From Brevundimonas sp. (GTDB lineage: Bacteria > Pseudomonadota > Alphaproteobacteria > Caulobacterales > Caulobacteraceae), in assembly GCF_016463485.1 (NCBI RefSeq), contig NZ_JAEMRD010000001.1:29560-93559 (forward strand): 64,000 bases of DNA, read 5' to 3'. This document shows positions 20,309 through 30,270 of this stretch, in pieces. Made by a program: the position numbers and the translations under genes. The notes beneath the pieces were generated by a model, which was not told where the DNA came from, made no database searches, and saw only the letters and a program-made list of their open reading frames with translations. The first letter of the stretch is position 1. Each line of letters opens with the position of its first letter.

Positions 20309-21922
20309 GTGACGGATCGGTACGACTATATCATCGTCGGGGCCGGATCGGCAGGTTGTGCCCTGGCAAATCGACTGTCCGAAGACGCGTCCAACACAGT
20401 GCTTCTGATCGAGAGCGGGCCTGTCGACAAGAACGCCATGATCCATATGCCCCGCGGGCTGGGATTGATCCTGAATCCCGGCAGCAAGGTGATCTGGGAG
20501 TATCAGGTCCAGACGGGCGGCAACGGACCGACCGAACGATGGTACCGGGGCCGGACGCTGGGCGGATCGAGTTCGGTCAACGGCATGGTCTATATGCGTG
20601 GCGCTCCGAGCGATTACGACGGCTGGGCTGCAGCGGGATGTGACGGCTGGGGCTGGAAAGACATCGGGCCCAAATTCGTCGAGCTCGAGGATCACGACCT
20701 GGGGAAGGGGCCCTGGCGGGGGACAGGCGGCCCGCTGCGCATCACGACCCATCCCAAGGGAGAGCCGCTGTTCGAGGCGATTATCGAGGCCGGAACCCAG
20801 ATGGGCGTGCCTCGCGTCGTCGATGTGAACGATGTCGAAGCGGTCCGGGCCGGCGGCATAGGCTATCAGCCCACAACCCGGTTCGGCGGCCAACGATTTA
20901 GTGCGGCGCGGGCTTTCCTCGAGCCGGCGCGAAAGCGTTCGAACCTGACGGTGGCCACCGAGACGGATGTTCTCCGCGTTCTTTTCGAAGGTGACCGGGC
21001 TGTGGCTGTCCAGGTTCGCGATTCCGCAGGGGAACGGCGCGTGGATGCCACCAGCGAGATCATCCTCGCCGCCGGCGCGTTCCAGACACCCAAACTACTG
21101 CAACTCTCGGGAATCGGTCCTGCTGAGCTCCTCAAGTCGGTTGGTATCGAAGTCGTGGTCGATTCTCCTGACGTCGGAGCCAATCTGCGGGAACATCGCC
21201 ACGTCGATCTGCGCCTGAGAGTGAAAAGTGGCAGCCAGAATCCGCAATTGGGCGGTCTGGCCGCCGTCTGGTCGATGCTCAAATATCTGTTCCTGAAGAA
21301 GGGACCGATGACCCATGCGGCGCACGAGGTCGGCGGCTTTGCGAAGTCGGACCCGACACTGGACCATTCCGACCTTCAGTTCGGATTGATGACGGTCTCC
21401 GCAGGCAGCAACGGCAAGGATGAGGACATCGCCCTCGATCCTTATCCCGGCATCACCCTCCTGGCCTATTTTACCAGGCCGCAAAGTCAGGGCGAGGTGC
21501 GGATCCAGTCGGCCGATCCGGATGCGCCATTGTCGGTCAATATGCGCCACCTCAGCGCGGAGATCGATCGAAAGACCTTTGTCGCCGCCTTTCACTGGCT
21601 TCGACGCATGGCCGCTCAGCCGGCACTGAAGGACTGGGTCATCGACGAGATATATCCAGCGGGCCTGGTCAAGACCGACGACGACATCCTCGCCAACGCC
21701 ATGGCCCTGGGGGGAACCTGTTTCCACAGCGCAGGTACGGCGCGGATGGGCGCCGATCCGCGCTCGGTGGTCGATCCTCAGTTGCGCGTGCGCGGTGTCC
21801 AGGGGTTGCGGGTCGCCGACACCTCCATCATGCCGACGTTGATATCCGGAAATACCAATGGGCCCGCCATGGTGATCGGTCTGCGAGCGGCGGACTTCAT
21901 CCTCGCGGATCGAAACGCCTAG
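20309..21922 (+). CDS. GMC-family FAD oxidoreductase (choline/alcohol dehydrogenase-like)
   Basis: 537 aa. YDYIIVGAGSAGCALANRLSED, GGSSSVNGMVY, and C-terminal GTARMG...LRVADTSIMP. Confidence 0.9.
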   Translation: MTDRYDYIIVGAGSAGCALANRLSEDASNTVLLIESGPVDKNAMIHMPRGLGLILNPGSKVIWEYQVQTGGNGPTERWYRGRTLGGSSSVNGMVYMRGAPSDYDGWAAAGCDGWGWKDIGPKFVELEDHDLGKGPWRGTGGPLRITTHPKGEPLFEAIIEAGTQMGVPRVVDVNDVEAVRAGGIGYQPTTRFGGQRFSAARAFLEPARKRSNLTVATETDVLRVLFEGDRAVAVQVRDSAGERRVDATSEIILAAGAFQTPKLLQLSGIGPAELLKSVGIEVVVDSPDVGANLREHRHVDLRLRVKSGSQNPQLGGLAAVWSMLKYLFLKKGPMTHAAHEVGGFAKSDPTLDHSDLQFGLMTVSAGSNGKDEDIALDPYPGITLLAYFTRPQSQGEVRIQSADPDAPLSVNMRHLSAEIDRKTFVAAFHWLRRMAAQPALKDWVIDEIYPAGLVKTDDDILANAMALGGTCFHSAGTARMGADPRSVVDPQLRVRGVQGLRVADTSIMPTLISGNTNGPAMVIGLRAADFILADRNA

Positions 21923-21973
21923 GGCCCTGACCCTTCCGGCAAGACAAGCCGTCTACTTTGCCGAAAGCCGTTC

Positions 21974-23638
21974 ATGACCGAAGCGGACAAATCACAAAGC
22001 CTTCTGGCCCCCTTGGGCGTGCCGGTCTTTCGACGCATCTGGCTCGCCAGCCTGCTGTCGAATTTCGGCATCCTGATCCAGGGGGTCGGGGCCGCCTGGA
22101 GCATGAGCCGGCTGACGGATGACGTCACCATGGTGGCCCTGGTCCAGACTGCCCTGATGTTTCCCCTCATGCTGATCGCCCTGCCGGCAGGCGCGATCTC
22201 GGATATGTTCGATCGGCGCATCGTCTGCATCGTCGCCCTGATTGTAGCATTGGTCGGAGCGGTCGGTCTTTGCGTCGTCACGGCTATGGGCCTTCTGACG
22301 CCGCTAACACTGCTCGCCTTCTGCTTCGTTGTCGGTTCCGGGATGGCCTTGTTCGGGCCCGCCTGGCAGGCGTCCGTCAGCGAGCAGGTTCCCCCCGAAG
22401 CCCTTCCGTCGGCCGTGGCTCTGGCCGGGATGAGTTACAATGTGGCGCGCAGTTTCGGGCCCGCGATCGGGGGCGTGATCGTCGCCTCGGTCGGGGCCAT
22501 CGGCGCCTTTGCGGTCAATGCGGTTTTCTATCTGCCGATGCTGGCCGTGCTGCTTGTGTGGAAACGGCGACAGGAACCGCCTCGCCTGGGGCCGGAAACC
22601 TTCTGGCGCGCCATGGTGTCGGGCATCCGATTCATTCGCTACTCGCCCTCCCACCGCATCTTCATCCTTCGCACGGTGGTGTTCGGGCTCGTCGGGGGCG
22701 TCATTCCAGCTCTGATGCCGCTGATCGCGAGCGAACTTCTGAGCGGAGGCGCCCCGGTCTATGGCGTTCTTTTGGGAGCGTTTGGTCTCGGCGCTCTGCT
22801 TGGCGCTGTCCTGTTGCCGTGGATACGCGCCCGCTTCTCCACCGAAATCTGGAGTCGGCTTGTCGCCATGATCGTCGGCGCCATGGTCATCTGCATTGCC
22901 TTCAGTCGCAGTGAAGCGGTCACCCTGGCGGCTCTATTGATCGCCGGCGCGGCCTGGACGAGCATCCTGACGCTGTTCACGATCTCGATCCAGGTTGGCG
23001 CGCCCCGCTGGGTGGCCGGAAGGGCGCTGTCCATCTTTCAGGCGACGATCGCAGGGGGGGTGGCCCTGGGCGCCTGGGGATGGGGTGAATTGGCAGATCG
23101 GGTCGGGGTCAAGGAAACCCTCGCGGTCGCAGGGGCGCTGATGATCGCATCGACCCTGGTCGGGCTTGTTCTACGGCTACCGGAGATGGCGACCGCCGGG
23201 GCCAACGAACCTGCGAACCGAGAGGACCAAACCGTACTGCTGGATCTGACGCTGCGGAGTGGACCCATTGTCATCATGGTCGACTACGACGTACCCCAAG
23301 CTAACGCGCGATCCTTCTACGAAGCGATGCAGCGCGTCCGGCGATCGCGCCAGGCGTCCGGAGCCTATGGATGGTCGCTGTCGCGTGACATCGCAGATCC
23401 CACCTTATGGACGGAACGCTTTCACAGCCCGACCTGGAACGACTACCTGCACCTGAGTCAGCGGGTCGTTGGGGCCGGAGTCGATCTGCTGGACCAGAGC
23501 CGAAGCCTGCTCGACCCTACGTCTACGCCGCGTGTACGGCGAATGCTGGAGCGGCCCGCCGGGTCGGTGCGATGGAAAGATGAAACGCCTGACCGCGGCG
23601 TCGATATCGGTCCTTCAGGCAGCGCCGGCGCTCCCTGA
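21974..23638 (+). CDS. MFS transporter (MFS_3/EntS-like) with a C-terminal soluble extension of about 150 aa
   Basis: 554 aa. About 12 hydrophobic segments up to roughly residue 400, followed by a hydrophilic tail (IVIMVDYDVPQANARSFYEAMQRV...). Confidence 0.85.
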   Translation: MTEADKSQSLLAPLGVPVFRRIWLASLLSNFGILIQGVGAAWSMSRLTDDVTMVALVQTALMFPLMLIALPAGAISDMFDRRIVCIVALIVALVGAVGLCVVTAMGLLTPLTLLAFCFVVGSGMALFGPAWQASVSEQVPPEALPSAVALAGMSYNVARSFGPAIGGVIVASVGAIGAFAVNAVFYLPMLAVLLVWKRRQEPPRLGPETFWRAMVSGIRFIRYSPSHRIFILRTVVFGLVGGVIPALMPLIASELLSGGAPVYGVLLGAFGLGALLGAVLLPWIRARFSTEIWSRLVAMIVGAMVICIAFSRSEAVTLAALLIAGAAWTSILTLFTISIQVGAPRWVAGRALSIFQATIAGGVALGAWGWGELADRVGVKETLAVAGALMIASTLVGLVLRLPEMATAGANEPANREDQTVLLDLTLRSGPIVIMVDYDVPQANARSFYEAMQRVRRSRQASGAYGWSLSRDIADPTLWTERFHSPTWNDYLHLSQRVVGAGVDLLDQSRSLLDPTSTPRVRRMLERPAGSVRWKDETPDRGVDIGPSGSAGAP

Positions 23639-23679
23639 ACCAAGGCGTAGAGGAGCTCACAGCAAGGTCGTGAACGCGG

Positions 23680-24060
23680 TCAGGTGGCCAGAGGCGTCGA
23701 TTGAAACGCGACGACGCGCCATCGGCCTTGGTCGTTTGTCCATGCCGACATGACCCTGTTGTCCAGTCGTTTCCGGACCCCTTCGACACTGACGACAGAC
23801 GTCATTCGTCCCGTGAGGAGGGCTGCGTTCGCGGCAAGCGGAATCACACGATCCTCGCTCCAGTCGATCGAGACATAGGTGATCCGCCCCGTCGACATCT
23901 TGGCCAGATAGGCGGCCTTGTCATCCACCGCGCCCGTGGCGTGACTGAAATGGAGGCGACCGTCGAGGATGGTGTCCAGCGCCTGGCTGTCGTTCGCAAG
24001 CATCGCCTCGCATCGCGCACGTTCTGCAGCCAGTACCGCTTGTTCGATGTCTGTGCTCAT
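23680..24060 (-). CDS. NTF2-like protein (SnoaL/DUF4440 family)
   Basis: Trimmed to the ATG at 24060, which forms an ATGA overlap with the P450 stop. About 126 aa with NTF2-like length and pattern. Confidence 0.7.
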   Translation of the reverse strand: MSTDIEQAVLAAERARCEAMLANDSQALDTILDGRLHFSHATGAVDDKAAYLAKMSTGRITYVSIDWSEDRVIPLAANAALLTGRMTSVVSVEGVRKRLDNRVMSAWTNDQGRWRVVAFQSTPLAT

Positions 24061-25289
24061 TTGACGGTGACGTAAAGCTCGTTCCAGCCCCATTGGAAGC
24101 TGGACGGATGCCGCACGGCCTTGTCCATGTCGAATTCAAACTCCGGCACACGCCGCAGGAAGGCGTCGACCATGGTGCGGATCTCCATCCTGGCCAGGTG
24201 AACGCCGATGCAGAAATGCATTCCGGCACCGAACGACAGGACGCGGGGAACCGGACGGTCCCATCGGAAGTCATCCGGTTGGTCGAACTCGCGTTCGTCT
24301 CGGAGGCCGGACGCGATCATCGCAAACACACGCTGTCCCGGGCGGATGCTCTGGCCTGCGACAGTGACCGGCGTGTTGCAAGTCCGCATGAACCACTGGG
24401 CGGGTGCGCAGTAGCGCAGCATCTCCTCGACGACCTTGGGCACGTTGGTTTCGAGGTCTGCACGGACGGCGGCCATCTGTTCCGGACGCGCATGGAGTTC
24501 CATCAGGCCGTGGGCGGTGATCTTGGGCACCGTTTCAATGCCGCCGATGAAGGCGCAGACCAATTGCACGGCGACTTCGCGCGGCGTCAGCGCCCGACCC
24601 TCGAAACGCCAGTTGATCATGCCGTCGACCATGGGAACGCTGCCGTCGGCCCCGGCGGCGAAACGCGCCTCGACATAGGGAAGATAAAAATCGATCGCCT
24701 GGGCAGCGACTGCGGCCGAGTCAAAGCCGCCCTTTTCCGGGTCCGTCCGAGTACCGGAGTTGATGATGGCGAGCGCTTCGCCCGCCAGTTCCAGCGGCAT
24801 TCCCATCAGGTTGCAAAGGACGCTGGCCGAGACGATGCCGCCATAGTCGCGGCTGAGATTGAAGGTTTTTTGCGGGAGCAGCAGGTCCAGCTGTTCGTTG
24901 GCGAGATCACGGACGAAATCGGTCAGTCCTGCGACGTGCCGTGGCATCATCGGGCGGACATGGGCGCGACGGACCTCGCCATGGACGGGTAGACCCATTC
25001 GCATGGAGATCGGAAAAGGATCCGTGACAGGAGGCGGCAAGGCTGCGGCGTTGTGGGCGGACAGTACGGCTGGCGTCGGCAGGGAACCCTCGCTCTGGAG
25101 GAAGCTGTTGTCGACGTGGCTGAGAAGCTCGAGGACGTCCTCGAAACGCGAGAAGAAGAAGCCGTCGTACTTTTCCATATAGAGCACCGGATGGTCGCGG
25201 CGCAGAGTCTTGTAGAAGGGCAGGGGGTCGTTCATCACCGCCGGCGAGAAAGGGTCGTAGTCGGCTGCGCTAAACGCTTCGGCGCCCAT
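24057..25289 (-). CDS. Cytochrome P450 monooxygenase
   Basis: 410 aa. FIGGIETVP I-helix, EEMLRY (ExxR), heme loop FGAGMHFCIGVHLAR. Confidence 0.95.
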   Translation of the reverse strand: MGAEAFSAADYDPFSPAVMNDPLPFYKTLRRDHPVLYMEKYDGFFFSRFEDVLELLSHVDNSFLQSEGSLPTPAVLSAHNAAALPPPVTDPFPISMRMGLPVHGEVRRAHVRPMMPRHVAGLTDFVRDLANEQLDLLLPQKTFNLSRDYGGIVSASVLCNLMGMPLELAGEALAIINSGTRTDPEKGGFDSAAVAAQAIDFYLPYVEARFAAGADGSVPMVDGMINWRFEGRALTPREVAVQLVCAFIGGIETVPKITAHGLMELHARPEQMAAVRADLETNVPKVVEEMLRYCAPAQWFMRTCNTPVTVAGQSIRPGQRVFAMIASGLRDEREFDQPDDFRWDRPVPRVLSFGAGMHFCIGVHLARMEIRTMVDAFLRRVPEFEFDMDKAVRHPSSFQWGWNELYVTVK

Positions 25290-25421
25290 GGCGTCATTCT
25301 CCTGGGGGATCGTCAGAGCGACCTCTCGTGCCGCGCAATCGAAGGGCTAGAGCGCCGCTCCGAGGCCTGTCAAACCTCCGCCCCGCGATACCGGTCAGGC
25401 GATGCCGCCTGGCTTTGCGAC

Positions 25422-26711
25422 CTAGGTCGCGGCAGCGGGTTTCGGCGTCCGGGCGCGATAAGGCTTGAGCGATGCAAACAGGGCGGCGGCCACCAGGCAC
25501 ATGGGGAAGGCGGCCAGAAGCACCGGGCGGTAGGTTCCCGCGTGATCGTAGACGAGGCTGACTACCCACGGACCTGCGCCACCCGCCAGGGTGATCAGGG
25601 CACCGATGACGCCGAACAGCAGACCAAAGCGATCCAGGTCGAAGTATCTGGACGTCAGGTAGGCCACCAGGTCCAGTTCGGCACCCAGGGTCAGGCCCAG
25701 CAGGATGACGCCCGCAAAGGCCATCGGCATTGACCCGGGAAAGGCTAGCAGAAGAAGACTGGCACCCATGGGAAGGCATACGCTGACCGCCGCCAGGACG
25801 CGGCCATCGAACCGATCCAGCAGATGGCCGACGACCAGACGGCCCGCGATTGAAGCGATGCCGAGAGAGGCCGCGATCTCGGCGGCATGAGATCGGTCGA
25901 TGCCGTTCCAGGTCAGGACCGGCACCAGATTGACGACCAGAGGCACCACGACCGATGCGATCAGAAAGCCGCCCAGGGCGATCTGGATAAAGCTGCGAGA
26001 CCACAGCACGGACAGGCCTCCGGAGGGGGGCTTCACCCGTTCAATCTTTCCAGACTTCGCCGCCTGCCGGTTTCGATCAATCTGGCTCGTGAAGAAGAAC
26101 AGGATCATCGGGATGGCGATCAAGCCCCAGAACGCAGCGAGCCCCACGAAGGCGCCCCGCCATCCAAATTGTTCGATCAGCTGATAGGTGAGGACCGGGG
26201 TGATCAGCGATGCGAGGCTGCTGCCACACAGGGTTATCGCGAACGCCAGTCCACGACTGGCGTTGAAGAAGCCGGATACGCCTGCCGTCCAGACGGTCGG
26301 CTGCACAAAGGCGTTGATGGCCGCCAGCAGCACCCAGAACGCCCACCAGGATCTGATGTCGGACGTGATCTGTGACAGGAGGGCCGTCAGGATGGTGATG
26401 ACGACAGCGCCCATCAGGCCAACCCGGCGAGGCCCGAAACGGTCGATCGCCAACCCGATCATCGGGCCCGTCAAGATGGTGGCGAACCCGGCAAGAGCCG
26501 GGCCAAAGGAAATGTCGCCGCGCGACCAACCGAAGTCGGTCTCGAAAGGGGCGATGAACAGGCCGACCGAATAGATGTTGATGGTCGATATGGCGACGCC
26601 CGTCGTCGCCGCCGCTACGACCGGCCAGTTGGCGCGCCATTCCGCACGCGTGATACCGAGCCTGGGGGGCGCGACCGAGCCGGATTGTTCTTGATTTTCG
26701 GACGTGGCCAT
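25422..26711 (-). CDS. MFS transporter
   Basis: 429 aa with about 12 predicted transmembrane segments. Lies upstream of the P450 on the same strand. Confidence 0.85.
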   Translation of the reverse strand: MATSENQEQSGSVAPPRLGITRAEWRANWPVVAAATTGVAISTINIYSVGLFIAPFETDFGWSRGDISFGPALAGFATILTGPMIGLAIDRFGPRRVGLMGAVVITILTALLSQITSDIRSWWAFWVLLAAINAFVQPTVWTAGVSGFFNASRGLAFAITLCGSSLASLITPVLTYQLIEQFGWRGAFVGLAAFWGLIAIPMILFFFTSQIDRNRQAAKSGKIERVKPPSGGLSVLWSRSFIQIALGGFLIASVVVPLVVNLVPVLTWNGIDRSHAAEIAASLGIASIAGRLVVGHLLDRFDGRVLAAVSVCLPMGASLLLLAFPGSMPMAFAGVILLGLTLGAELDLVAYLTSRYFDLDRFGLLFGVIGALITLAGGAGPWVVSLVYDHAGTYRPVLLAAFPMCLVAAALFASLKPYRARTPKPAAAT

Positions 26712-26917
26712 TGACGCGGAGATTCCCTGGACACCGATATGGCAGGCGATTGGCCGCAGCCAGCGGCAGCCGCGACACCCTCATGCAACACCGGATGGCC
26801 GGTGATTGCACGATGTCGCTCAAGGGCATCGCCGTGGCGGATTCACCGAGCGTTCGATTGACCCCCCTTGGGCCCGCGCATAGCCAGAGGGGAAGCAGGA
26901 TCGTGGGAGTAGCTGGA

Positions 26918-27121
26918 ATGGCGGACAAGCTGGTGGTGGAATGGCCGCTGTGCGACGGCAACGGCGTCTGCACCTTCGAGGCCCCTGAACTCCTTGAGAT
27001 CGACGACGACGACAACCTGATCGTGCTTCGAGATGAACTGACCGAAGCGGATATGCCCAAGGCCGAGGCCGCCGTCCGCGTCTGCCCCAAACACGCCCTG
27101 CGGATCGAGCGCCAGGGATGA
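26918..27121 (+). CDS. Small single-cluster ferredoxin (CxxNxxC...CP, predicted 3Fe-4S)
   Basis: ORF trimmed to the ATG at 26918 (67 aa). CDGNGVC ... VCPKHA. Divergent from the MFS-P450 operon. Confidence 0.75.
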   Translation: MADKLVVEWPLCDGNGVCTFEAPELLEIDDDDNLIVLRDELTEADMPKAEAAVRVCPKHALRIERQG

Positions 27122-27125
27122 ACCG

Positions 27126-28526
27126 GTGACCTGCGACGGACTGGAAGCGGAACTGCGCACCGTCGTCGGGGAGGACCATGTCCACATTGGCGATGCGATC
27201 GGCGAACGCTACCGCGTGGACGTGTCGCGAGGATATCAGTCTCGACCGGTGGCCCTGGTCAAACCCGCCAGCACGGACGAGGTCGCCGCCATCGTCAGGC
27301 TGGCGAGCCGGCGGGGGCTTTCCATCACCGTCGTGGGGGGGCAGAGCGGCACGGTCGGTTCGGCCGTGCCTGCGGACGGCGGGATCGCCTTGTCGCTGGA
27401 GCGGATGAGCCGTGTCGTCGAAATCGACACCCTTTCGATGACCATGACCGTCGAGGCGGGCTGCATCCTGCAACTGGCTCAGGAAGCGGCGGAGGTCCAA
27501 GGCGCATTCCTGCCCCTTGACCTGGGCGCGCGGGGATCGGCGACCATCGGCGGGGTAATCGGCACCAATGCCGGTGGTAACCGGGTCATCCGCTGGGGCA
27601 TGATGCGCGACATGGTGATCGGGCTGGAGGTCGTGCTGGCCGACGGTACGATCGTGTCGTCCCTGACCAAGATGCTCAAGGACAACGCGGGGTATAACTG
27701 GAAGCATCTCCTGATCGGCAGCGAGGGGACGCTCGGCATCGTCACCCGGGCCGTGCTGAGGCTGCGGCCTATCCCGACCTCGCGCCAGACCGCCCTGATC
27801 GCCACCGAACGGTTCGAGGACGCCATCCTCTCCATGAGGCGGCTAGAGGTCGCGCTTTCGGGCAAGCTGTCTTCCTTCGAACTGATGTGGAGTGATTTCT
27901 ACGCGGCGATGACCGAGGCGCAGTCGTCGCAACGCCCTGCACCCATGGCTCCAGGCCATGGATTCTACGCGCTTGTCGAGGCGATGGGGGGCGACGCGGT
28001 CGCCGACAACGAGCAGTTCGAACGGGTCCTGACGAGCTTGATCGAAGAGGGGTTGGTCGCCGATGCGATCATCGCCCAGTCCGATCGCGAGCGGGAAAAC
28101 ATATGGGCGGTGCGCGAGGACATGACGCCGGGCCTGACGCCGCTGCGTCCCTTCTGCGCCTACGACGTGAGCATGGGCATCGCCGACATGCCTGCCTTCG
28201 TGGCGGCGGCACGTACGGGACTGGCCAAGGTCTATCCCGACGCCAGTGCCCTGTTCTATGGCCATGCCGGCGACGGGAACCTGCATGCGATCGTCAGCCG
28301 TGGCTCCATGGACAAGGACATCCAGCGCGGTTTCGACACGGCGATCTTCGACGCGGTGCGAGACGTCGGCGGTTCGATCGCGGCGGAGCACGGGATCGGT
28401 GTGTCCCGCGCGCCCTATCTGTCCTGGACCCGTTCGCCGGCGGAAATCGATCTGATGCGGACATTGAAGGGCGCGCTTGATCCAAACGGCGTCCTGAATC
28501 CCGGAAAATTGCTCGACGCGATGTGA
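27126..28526 (+). CDS. FAD-linked oxidase (GlcD/PCMH-type FAD-binding domain)
   Basis: 466 aa, GTG start. Contains a GGQSGTVGSAVP-type FAD-binding region and C-terminal HGIG...LDPNGVLNPGK. Confidence 0.9.
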   Translation: MTCDGLEAELRTVVGEDHVHIGDAIGERYRVDVSRGYQSRPVALVKPASTDEVAAIVRLASRRGLSITVVGGQSGTVGSAVPADGGIALSLERMSRVVEIDTLSMTMTVEAGCILQLAQEAAEVQGAFLPLDLGARGSATIGGVIGTNAGGNRVIRWGMMRDMVIGLEVVLADGTIVSSLTKMLKDNAGYNWKHLLIGSEGTLGIVTRAVLRLRPIPTSRQTALIATERFEDAILSMRRLEVALSGKLSSFELMWSDFYAAMTEAQSSQRPAPMAPGHGFYALVEAMGGDAVADNEQFERVLTSLIEEGLVADAIIAQSDRERENIWAVREDMTPGLTPLRPFCAYDVSMGIADMPAFVAAARTGLAKVYPDASALFYGHAGDGNLHAIVSRGSMDKDIQRGFDTAIFDAVRDVGGSIAAEHGIGVSRAPYLSWTRSPAEIDLMRTLKGALDPNGVLNPGKLLDAM

Positions 28527-28533
28527 GGTGGCC

Positions 28534-29319
28534 ATGACCGACCGTTTTCAGGGCAGGGTTGCGATCGTCACGGGCGGGGCCACCGGCATCGGCGCGGCGA
28601 TTGTCGCGCGCCTCGCCAGCGAAGGCGCTCAGATCGTGGTCGCCGACATTAAGGCCCCGGAGCCCGACGCGGCCGCGAGTCTGTTCATCCCAACGGACGT
28701 CACGGACTCGACCCAGGTCACCGCGATGGTCGCCGAAACGATGAGCCGCTTCGGGCGGCTCGATATTCTGGTCAACAATGCTGGGATAGGCGTGCTCGCC
28801 GAGACGCCGGATCTGTCCGAAGCGCAATGGGAGCGGGTGTTCGCCGTCAATGCGACGTCAGTCTATCGCACCTGTCGGGATGCGATCCCGGCGATGCAGC
28901 GATCCGGCGGCGGAGCCGTGGTCAATATCGCCTCGGTCTCGGGCCTCTTGGGTGACTATGGGTTCAGCGCCTACAATGCGTCCAAGGCGGCGGTGATCAA
29001 TTACACCCGCTCACTGGCCCTGGACTGCGCCCGCGACGGCATCAGGGTGAATGTGGTGTGCCCCGGGGCCATAGGCTCCACCGCCATGGGCGTAGGCACC
29101 CATGGTAGCCAAGCGGATCGCCAGGAATGGCTGGACGGCATTCCTATGGGCCGCGTGGGCCAACCGCACGAAGTCGCCAATGTCGTGGCCTTTCTCGCAT
29201 CCGACGAGGCCTCGTTCGTGACCGGCGCGACCCTCGTGGTCGACGGGGGCAGGATGGCGCATAGCGGCCAGCCGAACATCATCGCCCAACAGCGCCGTAG
29301 ATCGGAGGCGACCGCATGA
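28534..29319 (+). CDS. Short-chain dehydrogenase/reductase (SDR)
   Basis: ATG at 28534, 5 nt after GAGG (GTG 28528 is also possible). TGGATGIGAA, NNAG, YNASKAAV. Confidence 0.9.
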   Translation: MTDRFQGRVAIVTGGATGIGAAIVARLASEGAQIVVADIKAPEPDAAASLFIPTDVTDSTQVTAMVAETMSRFGRLDILVNNAGIGVLAETPDLSEAQWERVFAVNATSVYRTCRDAIPAMQRSGGGAVVNIASVSGLLGDYGFSAYNASKAAVINYTRSLALDCARDGIRVNVVCPGAIGSTAMGVGTHGSQADRQEWLDGIPMGRVGQPHEVANVVAFLASDEASFVTGATLVVDGGRMAHSGQPNIIAQQRRRSEATA

Positions 29320-30266
29320 GCGACGCCGCAAGTTCCTCCAGGCCCCATCCTGTGTTCCAGGCGATCATCGATGCCTACGCGGCGGCGAACCGGCCTTTCC
29401 TGCATCAGGTGTCGCCGACGGTTGCCCGCGAGATGTTGCGCGCCTCCATGATGGCGGCACCGAAACCGGCAGGCCTCGCCGGACTTGAGGCTGTCGTCGA
29501 CGCCGTCGTCGAGGGTCCGAATGGTCCTATCCCGATCCGTCGCTATATGCCGTCAAGTCGGGCGCTGGGCGTCTGCGTCTATCTTCATGCGGGCGGCTGG
29601 GTCATCGGCGACCTGGAGTTCTCGGACACGACCTGCCGACGTCTGGCTACAGCAAGCCAGTGCGAGTTCATCAGCGTGGATTACCGGCTCGCCCCCGAGC
29701 ATCCCTTTCCCCAGCCTTTGGACGACGCCTATGCCGTTCTCGAATGGGCGGCGGCCTCCCGCTCCGGACCGTTGCTCGTTGTGGGTGAGAGCGCGGGTGC
29801 CAATCTGGCGGCCGCCTGCGCCATCCGGGCACGCGATTGCAACGGTCCCAGGCTGGTCGGGCAGGTCCTCGCCTACCCGGTCACAGACCACGATTTCACG
29901 ACCGGCTCCTATCAGGAGGTGGGCGAGCGGAACTGGCTGCTTTCGACAGCCGATATGCGTTATTTCTGGGACCACTACGCGCCGTCTGGGGTTGATCGCT
30001 CGGATCCGCTGATCTCGCCGCTTCGGCTGACGGATCCCGTCGGCCTTCCCGCCACCTTCGTCGCCGTTGCAGAGCTCGACCCGCTGCGCGACGAGGGCCT
30101 CGCCTATGCCGACCGCCTGGCAATGGCGGGGATCGCGGTCGCGACGAGATGCGACGCCGGCATGGTGCACGGCTACCTGGGTGCCGCCGGAGCCATTCCG
30201 CTGGCCGCCGAGGCACTGGCGGATATCTCGCGCTGGATCCGAAGCGCAGCCGGGCAGGCCGGCTAA
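29316..30266 (+). CDS. Alpha/beta-hydrolase esterase, hormone-sensitive-lipase (HSL) family
   Basis: 316 aa. HAGGW oxyanion motif, GESAGANLA nucleophile elbow, and C-terminal D...H (MVHGY). Confidence 0.85.
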   Translation: MSDAASSSRPHPVFQAIIDAYAAANRPFLHQVSPTVAREMLRASMMAAPKPAGLAGLEAVVDAVVEGPNGPIPIRRYMPSSRALGVCVYLHAGGWVIGDLEFSDTTCRRLATASQCEFISVDYRLAPEHPFPQPLDDAYAVLEWAAASRSGPLLVVGESAGANLAAACAIRARDCNGPRLVGQVLAYPVTDHDFTTGSYQEVGERNWLLSTADMRYFWDHYAPSGVDRSDPLISPLRLTDPVGLPATFVAVAELDPLRDEGLAYADRLAMAGIAVATRCDAGMVHGYLGAAGAIPLAAEALADISRWIRSAAGQAG

Positions 30267-30270
30267 CCCT

